From an uncultured Clostridia bacterium (GTDB lineage: Bacteria > Bacillota > Clostridia > Christensenellales > UBA1242): a DNA stretch of 64,000 nt. The translations under genes were made by a program, and so were the position numbers. The notes beneath the pieces were generated by a model. It made no database searches, was not told where the DNA came from, and was given only the letters and a program-made list of their open reading frames with translations. Positions 56,696-64,000 of the stretch are shown piece after piece (positions within the stretch are counted from its first letter, which is position 1; each line of letters starts with the position of its first letter). The stretch spans positions 157,825-221,824 of the forward strand of contig CAKVLR010000002.1 of NCBI GenBank assembly GCA_934757855.1, given 5' to 3'.

Positions 56696-59600
56696 TTATG
56701 CCCGAGTGATTGAGGTAATATAACCAGAAGAACCAGCATCTACTTCAAAAGTACACCACCAAGCATCGCGTTCAGTTTCATAATACGAGCCTGATGCGCC
56801 AAAACTTTTTGATAAGCCTCCACTGATACCTTTCACAGATGCAGTACCAGATTTATAGCGATAATCGTGGTGAGGTGTAGGGTTATCTTCCCAACCCCAT
56901 AGCGGAAACTTAAATTCTTTGTGTTCTGTGTGATGCGTATGATACCTAGCGGTATAATTCAACTCAACATTAACAGCAAATTTACTTAAATGACTAGGAA
57001 CATTTGAAACGACTTGACCTTCTACGCTCCAACTTCTATCTCCACCTTTACCAAGACTAGTAACATATTGTGAGGTATTACCGCTACCTAATCCACCGCC
57101 TGTAATTTCAACAGACAAGTATCTGCCGATACTATCAGATTCTGGATATTCTATGTGTTTACCTACCAGTGGGTCGGCGGTCACGGTTTCTGAGTCACTC
57201 CAAGAGCCTCCCCCAGCAAATACACTTTCAAACCCAGCCTTACAATAAGTAGTAATAGATAGGCTAAAATAGTTTGCCTCTTTTGGAGGTTTTGTAGGAA
57301 TACCAGATATTTCCGTAGTTTCACCCTTTTCATCTGTATAACGCATATTTTCGTATTGTTGTGCCTCATCATTAAAGCCATCTTTCTTCGCGCGAGTTAT
57401 TTGCGATTCATCGACATCAAATCTATAAGTCCAAGTTGCTTTCATAGTAGCCCCGCTCATATTTGCAAAACCATACTTAATAGAACTGATTTTATAGTAA
57501 TATGAGTCGTAAACGGTCTTTTTCACAACGGTATCATCGTTTGAGCCTTCTTTCCATACCCACTCATCTTGCAAGATTTTACCGTGTCCGTCTTCCATTT
57601 CGCCGACTAATTCGGTAGCAATTTCAATACCTGTACTCATAGGGTGAGTCGTAACGGTAAAGTTTACTTGTTTTTGAGTAAATGTAATACCTGGTTTAAG
57701 AAGATTGTGTGCAGGCTCGTAGCCATCGTGAATAGGAGTCACGGTGAACTGGTTGTTTCCACCTTGTACATAACCTATGTAGGCTGTCTTGTAATTGTAA
57801 ATCATATCATTGATGACCGAAGCGCTACGAGCGCGTGAGTCCGAGCAATCCGCATAAGCATAGTTAAAGTTTGCAGTTGCGTAGTAATTTACATTACCTG
57901 ATTTTATGCTTGTGCTTGAATTGCTAGAATAAATTTGAGTTTGATAGAACGAGTTATTTAGTCCATATTGGTTAATCGTTACTTTGAGTGCTGAAAATTG
58001 GTTATTTACCGAATAAGTTGCATTCATTCTAATAGTATCACCGCTTTGACCAAATGAAATTCTGCTCGTGTCGAATGTAAGTGCGCGGTAATAGTTAAAT
58101 GGCAACCCGATTGTGTAATAACTTTCCTCTACATATTTATTTTGGCTATTATAGAATTTTATATAAATCTTAAAGCCATCTGAGCCTCTAATCTCAGGTT
58201 TTGAGATAAATATGTCGTTTAAAATTCGGCTAAATAGGTCGTAATATCTCGTTGCTTGGTCTTTGATACCTGTTGAGCCTTGGAAAGTAAATTCCGCACT
58301 ATTTGTCTTTAAATATGGATAATAATAATATACTTTTGCACTATCGACTGCTAAGTTGTATGGCAAGCGCTTGCTTTCGTTGTATCCAGAACTATCACGC
58401 GATGTTGAGTAGTTAGTCAACACGCCATTAGTTTGGCTAAGCAAAGTATTTATGTCTAATTTATCTACTGTGCCAGATTCTGCGTGCGCAAGAGATTGCA
58501 TATTAAAGTTTGCAGTTTCTATGTCGTTTTTAACCTTTAAGTTAACTAAATAGTACAAATCTTTACTATTAAAGCCTCGACCGATATATTCCATAGAGTC
58601 ATCGACAACTGCAACGATATTTAAGTGCCAACGGTCGTTGTCGTTGTTTGGCAAACGCCACTGGTTGTAATTTGATTTATCAACGCTAGGGTCGCCTAAG
58701 TCGATTTTTAAAATCTCGGTCAAATTCTTTGTATTCCACTTATCTTTTTCTAATCCACTGCCAGGCGAAATAGTCACTGCTGATTTTACACGAGTATTGT
58801 AAATATTATATGACATATTCCCTTCTCTATCAAGGTAAATGTGATATTGTGCATTACGGTGAATAGATAAATAGTTGTATGGAATGTATGAGTGGTGGTA
58901 ATAGTAATAACCTTCGTGCGTGTAGAACGATGGCATACCACCTTGGAAATCTGTCGTAAAGTCACATTTATTTTGGTCAAAAGTAGTTTGTACTGTTTCT
59001 AGCCTACCGTAGAAGTATAATTCATATCCAGTACGCGTATCACTAGTAACCCACAATTTTTCAGGAGCAACTGCCTCCCCAGACAAATCAGGAGCGATAG
59101 TTTGAATGTCGATAGAAATCAAACCACCGTGGTAATTTCCAGTTGCTGTTTGAGTGCCGTCCGCATCATTAATGAGGTCATACATTGCCTTGTATAGACA
59201 AGTCGTAATGTAATTGTAGATATCTTCGTAAGTTGTGTAGTCAAATCTAGCCTCATCTGTATCTTTGCCTTTTACCTCATCGTAGAACGCCCCACCAACT
59301 ACCGACTCATCACTAGCAAGCAAGCAAGTGCGGTTTACATCGTAAGTACGCAAAGTGATAGGTTTTGTATAAGTCTTTCCATCTTTGCCCACATATTTAA
59401 GGGTAATCAAGTAATTTGTACGCAAGTCAGTCTTTAACATACCATACTCAAAGTATTGTCCGCCATTGTCTTGCAAGGTTTTGAGCGTTGTGTAAATGTA
59501 TGGGTTTGAAGCAAGACCTACATAATCTCCACCCTCAATTACATTTGTTTTGTACATTTTGCCATCTTGCTCCAACATTTGCAAGTTTTCGGTGTAGTAA

Positions 59601-62600
59601 GACAATGTTGGTGTCATTGTATCAAACATCAATGTAACTTCTGGCGCAGTGTATTGCTTTTTCACGGCCAAATAGTTGTTGTGAGTGTGTGTATTGCTAT
59701 TTACATAGATACGGTCAATTTTTGATTTTGCACTCAATACTTCGCCACGATAATTAGCGGTCAAGTATTCGTTGTTTATGTTCCCATTTTCCAACTCACC
59801 GCGCGAGTCAATCGAACCATCATTTGTAAATCTATCGGTATTTGTTACTGCTTGAATTCTAAATGTCACCAAATTTGGTAATCTTTCATCAAGAGTTGTA
59901 AACATATTGCCAGCGCCAGCCTCAGGGCTATCTACCGCTAACTCAATATATGCCATACCGTAGCGTGGGTCGTTTGTATCATCGATATAATGAATTACAA
60001 AACGCACCGCATCGCTCCACACCCACTCATTTCCGCTTGCGCCTGTTCCGCTAGAACCGCCATCGTTTGTATCAAAATGGGTGTAAGCCAAAGACATTTC
60101 AATTAATTTGTCATTTCTAATGATTGCATCTTTTGTATATACATTTTTGAGCCAAATTCGGTAGTAGTAGCCACTATCGGAGTCAGCGATTACATAGCCA
60201 TCGGTCGCTCCATCGGTTTTGCGCGAACCATCAAGGTTTACATAGTCGCTAGAACCATCTTTGTTGAGAATTTCGATAAAGTCAATAGTAGGCTCGGCGT
60301 ATTGAATGTTGTGTCTAAATGTAAAGTAAGTGCTAGGATTTAAGACATTCATATCAAGATATGGAATAGTAAATTGTTTTTCGTTCAATTTTGCATAGAA
60401 ATTGTCCACCATTTCCTCTATTACATTGCCATTTTCATCTAGCACATAAGGAATGTGTGTTCTTATCCACTTTTTGCTATAAATTACATCATCTTCGTAA
60501 TTTCCGCTTTCATCGAGTGGCGCATTGTTGTTGATTGCGTTGTTGTCAACCCAAGTTTTTATCCTACAATAGTAATTGATAGGTACAAGTACTTTGTCTA
60601 GGCTCTCACCACCTACTCGGCTACTATTTAAGAGTTCGTTTAGTGTGAGAGTGTCGATTTTGATATTGCCGTTTGAGTCAAGCACACCCACAGCCCTAGT
60701 TAGGTCAAGTGCGCCAGAATTTGGTAATCTGTCTTGATAATCGTGCAAAATGTATAAGTCCACCGTTCCGCTACTGGTTGGGTAAACATTGTCTTTTGTA
60801 CCGATAATCCAGTGTGCAAGGTAAGTACCTTCGGCATCTTGTTGCTTCATCCAATCTCTGTTTGTACTTGCGCGAATATCTTGCGTATTGTACACCCAGA
60901 ACTCAAACGCGTTGTTGTAGTTGTCGGGTTGTACGCTTGAAATCGTGTAGTATGCGTTATTTGCCATATCAGTATTCTCAACAGGCCAAACATCAGTAAC
61001 GGTATTTGTAATATTTACATCAGTATGAATACCTGAAACTTTTTTGTACATATAACTTACACCCACCGAAGTGTCCGAATTTAGATAGTACATATCGTTT
61101 TTGTTGCCCGTAAGCATCCAGTCTTTTTGCGATAGGTAGATATAAATCTTGTAGTACTTGTTTGGTGTCAAATTGAAGTTTACTGCGGTTGGTTGTTGAA
61201 TGTAGCATTGCCTACCATTTAGGAAGTAGTCCTGACTGTAATCAAGCAACTTACCAGCGGTCGTATTGTTTTCCGCAAAGTATTTTACTTGATTTTCCGA
61301 ATCTAAGAAATGCAATTTTTCTTCATCGCTTAGCGAATTGTACAATTTTTCGCTAGCGTCCGTGCCGTTTTCTACCTCAAAGGCAAACAAGTTTATATTG
61401 TAAGTACAAGATTCGTTTACCGTATAAGTGTATTTGTCTGGGGTCAAAATCCAGTTAATCACGAATTGACTACTGTTTGTACCTGTGTAATCTAAGCGGT
61501 AATCAAGTATAGGTCTAGGCAAGATTACATAGTGGCAAACTTCTTGTTTAAGCATATATGGGTCGGCAATAGGGCTACTATCACCTATTTCATCACCATT
61601 TAATACCCAGAAAATGTGGTAAATACCTGCATTGATATTTGTATCAAATAGCAAGTGAATATCAATCGTAACTTTTACCCTTGTGTAATCAATGTCGTTA
61701 CCTGTGATAAAGCAACGCTCAATCATTACATCTGGATAATCGCTACTAAAATAGAAGTTTTGCGTGCCAAAGTTTGAAGGGTCAGGAATTGCATAAGTGT
61801 GTGAGTAGTAGTTGTTTGTGTCGTAATTTAGACCTTCAAACAATCTCGCTGTAACTGTGATTGTCTTTGGTAAACGGTAGAAAGTCGTGCCATCGACTTT
61901 TTCTTGAATTGTGTTTACATAGAACGAGAGATTTGCTTGTTTAAACTCAGCCTCACCCCACATTCTATTTGCACCCTCGTTTGGATTTGCCACTTCATCA
62001 GTTAGTTTGGTGGTTAAGTACTCACCCTCAATAGTTGCGCCAGTTGCGGTACTTCTCCAAACATCGCGCACCACACGCTCAGCAGTATAACTGCTATCAG
62101 CATAGTACGGGCTAGAAGTTTTGAGTGTTACGCGCAGGTAGTAATATCCACCGCGCAATGAATCATCGGCAGAAAGCCAAGTTTCTTTTGAAGTTTGCAA
62201 ATTATTTGCAAGGTAATTTATCTCACCAACAAGGTTAAAGTTGTATTTAGTCACACCACGCAAATAAGTGATATATTTAAAGTAATCATTAGTCGCATCT
62301 TTGTTCCAAACAAGTTCTGCGGTTGCTTCATTTTGTTTTACCTCGTTGTAATCTCTCCCTTTTGTTGGCTCAGGGTCACCCACTTGCCAATTTGAGAGTT
62401 TAAGCAAACTTACTTCAATCCATACACTATATTCGTTTGCAGAAATATCTTGATAAATAGTGTTGTTTATGTCGCTTGCAAGCACTGCATCAAATTCGCG
62501 GTGGTCGTCCCAGTTGATATACATATTCGGCAAACTCGAACTGCTGTCAAGTTTGGAAGTATCAACCGTCACATATCCACTATTGTAGTAATAGTCGTTT

Positions 62601-64000
62601 GGCGCAACCGTAAACATAAACACTTCGTTACGGTCTTTACCACCAGCAACTAGATAATTTGAAATGTCTAATTCATACTCGTTGTCAACATAAATAATTT
62701 CTTCGTAATATTCTTGCTCAGTGCCAGCAATAATTTTGGTTGTATAATTTCTAATCACTATACCAAAATGTCCTGCTTTGTCCTCGCCGTAAATTTCGTC
62801 ACTAAACGCCCAAGTAAGCACGCCATCGTGTGAAAGATTTACATTTTTAGGTTGGTTTGGATATGGAATACCTTGATATGTGTAAGTATTCATTTTTTCT
62901 GCGCTACCATAACTATTTTGAGGGCTAAATATAATGTTTTGTACAACTTTTTTGTTTGTACCCAAAGCCTCAGCCACTAGATAGTAGTCATAAGTACCCG
63001 CGAGATAATATACACCCGTTTGTACGCCATCTTCTTTAATTCTTGAAGTATCCTGAAAGAAAGCACGCATATCAAACGCCATAACGCCTTTGTCAAGCGC
63101 CAATGAGAAGTAGTTGTTTATATCTTGCTCAATCGCGTATGTGATATTGTTTTCACTATCCACTGTAATAACCAAAAATGCCGAATATTGTTTTGAGTGG
63201 AAGCGTTGTTGCATAATTTCGCTAGATTGATTTTTGTCTTGCATTGTAACGGTATATTTAACTACTATTGAGTAAGCGTGTACAGGCAACGACCAAGTAA
63301 GCATACCATTTTTGAGAGTTTCGGTTTCGTTGCTTTCGGTAATTTCTGTAACTAGACTATATTTAGTTGCATCTGCATTCTTATCATAAGTCAAAAATTC
63401 TACAAGTCTTGTCTTTAATGCAGTCGTTCCGCTAGTCTTTGAAATTTCACTGTCAAGATAGTAGTTATTGTCGCGTGACAATGTTTGTACAGTAAAGTAG
63501 TAGTTGTGCGGTCCGTAGTGTCTAATTTTGTCAAATACTTTGATACCCAAGAAGATACCATTTGAAAAGTCGCTTGCGGTCAAAGTGACATCTAACGGCT
63601 CACACGCAACATCGGTAAGGCTAGCATCGTAACTACTGTTGTAATAAGGGGTTACACGGTAAGTAGAACCTAATTGCGCATTTCTAAATACAAGTGCAAT
63701 TTCAGTGATATTTGTATTTGTAGGACTGTCGCTGTATGTCACATCAACTGACAAAGCATTAAGCAGTGGCGCTTCTTCCATTAAGTGCAAATCTACTGTA
63801 AAAATACTAGCAAGTTTGTCTTGTGCTTCACTAATTGTGAAAGTCGTACTTCCTTCTATATAGAAGTAGTAGTTTTCATCACCGTAAGGAATGATTTTTA
63901 TTGTGTTTGTACCAGCAACAATCTTTGAAAGCAAAACTTTGTTGTCTGCGGTCGAAATTGCACTAAATGTCAAGCCAGTTTCACTAACAATCTTTTCGTT
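56696..64000 (-). CDS. giant uncharacterised secreted/surface protein (partial, more than 2,430 aa; N-terminus beyond the window end)
   Basis: One uninterrupted minus-strand frame runs from the window edge to the TAA at 56696. The ORF-track M at 63973 is an internal TTG; the frame is still open upstream (...NEKIVSETG L TFSAIS). Tyr/Asn/Thr/Asp-rich. No TM, no LPXTG-type C-terminus. Scattered FN3-like strand signatures (NGMLTWSLP, DGVLTWAFSD, AELVWNKD, QFVINWILTP). Confidence 0.8.
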   Translation of the reverse strand, partial: NEKIVSETGLTFSAISTADNKVLLSKIVAGTNTIKIIPYGDENYYFYIEGSTTFTISEAQDKLASIFTVDLHLMEEAPLLNALSVDVTYSDSPTNTNITEIALVFRNAQLGSTYRVTPYYNSSYDASLTDVACEPLDVTLTASDFSNGIFLGIKVFDKIRHYGPHNYYFTVQTLSRDNNYYLDSEISKTSGTTALKTRLVEFLTYDKNADATKYSLVTEITESNETETLKNGMLTWSLPVHAYSIVVKYTVTMQDKNQSSEIMQQRFHSKQYSAFLVITVDSENNITYAIEQDINNYFSLALDKGVMAFDMRAFFQDTSRIKEDGVQTGVYYLAGTYDYYLVAEALGTNKKVVQNIIFSPQNSYGSAEKMNTYTYQGIPYPNQPKNVNLSHDGVLTWAFSDEIYGEDKAGHFGIVIRNYTTKIIAGTEQEYYEEIIYVDNEYELDISNYLVAGGKDRNEVFMFTVAPNDYYYNSGYVTVDTSKLDSSSSLPNMYINWDDHREFDAVLASDINNTIYQDISANEYSVWIEVSLLKLSNWQVGDPEPTKGRDYNEVKQNEATAELVWNKDATNDYFKYITYLRGVTKYNFNLVGEINYLANNLQTSKETWLSADDSLRGGYYYLRVTLKTSSPYYADSSYTAERVVRDVWRSTATGATIEGEYLTTKLTDEVANPNEGANRMWGEAEFKQANLSFYVNTIQEKVDGTTFYRLPKTITVTARLFEGLNYDTNNYYSHTYAIPDPSNFGTQNFYFSSDYPDVMIERCFITGNDIDYTRVKVTIDIHLLFDTNINAGIYHIFWVLNGDEIGDSSPIADPYMLKQEVCHYVILPRPILDYRLDYTGTNSSQFVINWILTPDKYTYTVNESCTYNINLFAFEVENGTDASEKLYNSLSDEEKLHFLDSENQVKYFAENNTTAGKLLDYSQDYFLNGRQCYIQQPTAVNFNLTPNKYYKIYIYLSQKDWMLTGNKNDMYYLNSDTSVGVSYMYKKVSGIHTDVNITNTVTDVWPVENTDMANNAYYTISSVQPDNYNNAFEFWVYNTQDIRASTNRDWMKQQDAEGTYLAHWIIGTKDNVYPTSSGTVDLYILHDYQDRLPNSGALDLTRAVGVLDSNGNIKIDTLTLNELLNSSRVGGESLDKVLVPINYYCRIKTWVDNNAINNNAPLDESGNYEDDVIYSKKWIRTHIPYVLDENGNVIEEMVDNFYAKLNEKQFTIPYLDMNVLNPSTYFTFRHNIQYAEPTIDFIEILNKDGSSDYVNLDGSRKTDGATDGYVIADSDSGYYYRIWLKNVYTKDAIIRNDKLIEMSLAYTHFDTNDGGSSGTGASGNEWVWSDAVRFVIHYIDDTNDPRYGMAYIELAVDSPEAGAGNMFTTLDERLPNLVTFRIQAVTNTDRFTNDGSIDSRGELENGNINNEYLTANYRGEVLSAKSKIDRIYVNSNTHTHNNYLAVKKQYTAPEVTLMFDTMTPTLSYYTENLQMLEQDGKMYKTNVIEGGDYVGLASNPYIYTTLKTLQDNGGQYFEYGMLKTDLRTNYLITLKYVGKDGKTYTKPITLRTYDVNRTCLLASDESVVGGAFYDEVKGKDTDEARFDYTTYEDIYNYITTCLYKAMYDLINDADGTQTATGNYHGGLISIDIQTIAPDLSGEAVAPEKLWVTSDTRTGYELYFYGRLETVQTTFDQNKCDFTTDFQGGMPSFYTHEGYYYYHHSYIPYNYLSIHRNAQYHIYLDREGNMSYNIYNTRVKSAVTISPGSGLEKDKWNTKNLTEILKIDLGDPSVDKSNYNQWRLPNNDNDRWHLNIVAVVDDSMEYIGRGFNSKDLYYLVNLKVKNDIETANFNMQSLAHAESGTVDKLDINTLLSQTNGVLTNYSTSRDSSGYNESKRLPYNLAVDSAKVYYYYPYLKTNSAEFTFQGSTGIKDQATRYYDLFSRILNDIFISKPEIRGSDGFKIYIKFYNSQNKYVEESYYTIGLPFNYYRALTFDTSRISFGQSGDTIRMNATYSVNNQFSALKVTINQYGLNNSFYQTQIYSSNSSTSIKSGNVNYYATANFNYAYADCSDSRARSASVINDMIYNYKTAYIGYVQGGNNQFTVTPIHDGYEPAHNLLKPGITFTQKQVNFTVTTHPMSTGIEIATELVGEMEDGHGKILQDEWVWKEGSNDDTVVKKTVYDSYYYKISSIKYGFANMSGATMKATWTYRFDVDESQITRAKKDGFNDEAQQYENMRYTDEKGETTEISGIPTKPPKEANYFSLSITTYCKAGFESVFAGGGSWSDSETVTADPLVGKHIEYPESDSIGRYLSVEITGGGLGSGNTSQYVTSLGKGGDRSWSVEGQVVSNVPSHLSKFAVNVELNYTARYHTHHTEHKEFKFPLWGWEDNPTPHHDYRYKSGTASVKGISGGLSKSFGASGSYYETERDAWWCTFEVDAGSSGYITSITRA

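Noticed and set aside
1-64000. Mobile elements, prophage, CRISPR arrays, and rRNA/tRNA genes
   Set aside because: I found no transposase, integrase, phage structural or Cas motifs in any frame, no regularly spaced repeat arrays, and no tRNA-like T-arm apart from the 3-prime end of the tmRNA.

Overview
AT-rich chromosomal core segment from what looks like an endospore-forming, low-GC Firmicute (Clostridia-like). Sporulation and germination genes present are spoIIR, sleB, ypeB, a SpoVB-type flippase, veg and a SpoIIQ-like M23 peptidase. About 60 genes are packed almost entirely on the minus strand; only five small genes are on plus. I saw no rRNA, tRNA, CRISPR array, transposase, integrase or phage genes. 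Recognisable housekeeping blocks are tkt, nrdD-nrdG with tandem NrdR boxes, secG-rnr-smpB-ssrA(tmRNA), murA, rplU-prp-rpmA, pgk-tpiA-gpmI, hup, glmM, trxB, acpP, cysS, an ABC-F ATPase and aspS. I moved many ORF-track starts to the ATG or TTG that has a GGAG-type ribosome-binding site. The best candidate for an undescribed system is a three-gene operon (34029-37860). It encodes a processive-type membrane GT2 synthase, a CofD/YvcK-superfamily::HAD-phosphatase fusion, and a LicC-like nucleotidyltransferase, all behind a 530-nt AT-rich leader. Other items worth a second look follow. (1) A non-repetitive Tyr/Asn-rich protein of more than 2,430 aa runs off the window end. (2) A 12-nt-periodic GTACTATGCA repeat sits in two unlinked intergenic regions, one of them upstream of spoIIR. 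(3) The ABC-F protein has one coherently degenerate ATP site. (4) A very AT-rich islet carries an XRE regulator and a Cys-cluster SLOG-like protein. (5) A second, divergent HU paralog lacks the DNA-intercalating arm residues. (6) An orphan plus-strand terminator-like hairpin lies in the long spacer upstream of a stand-alone acpP. All functional calls come from reading motifs in the translations; no database search was run.
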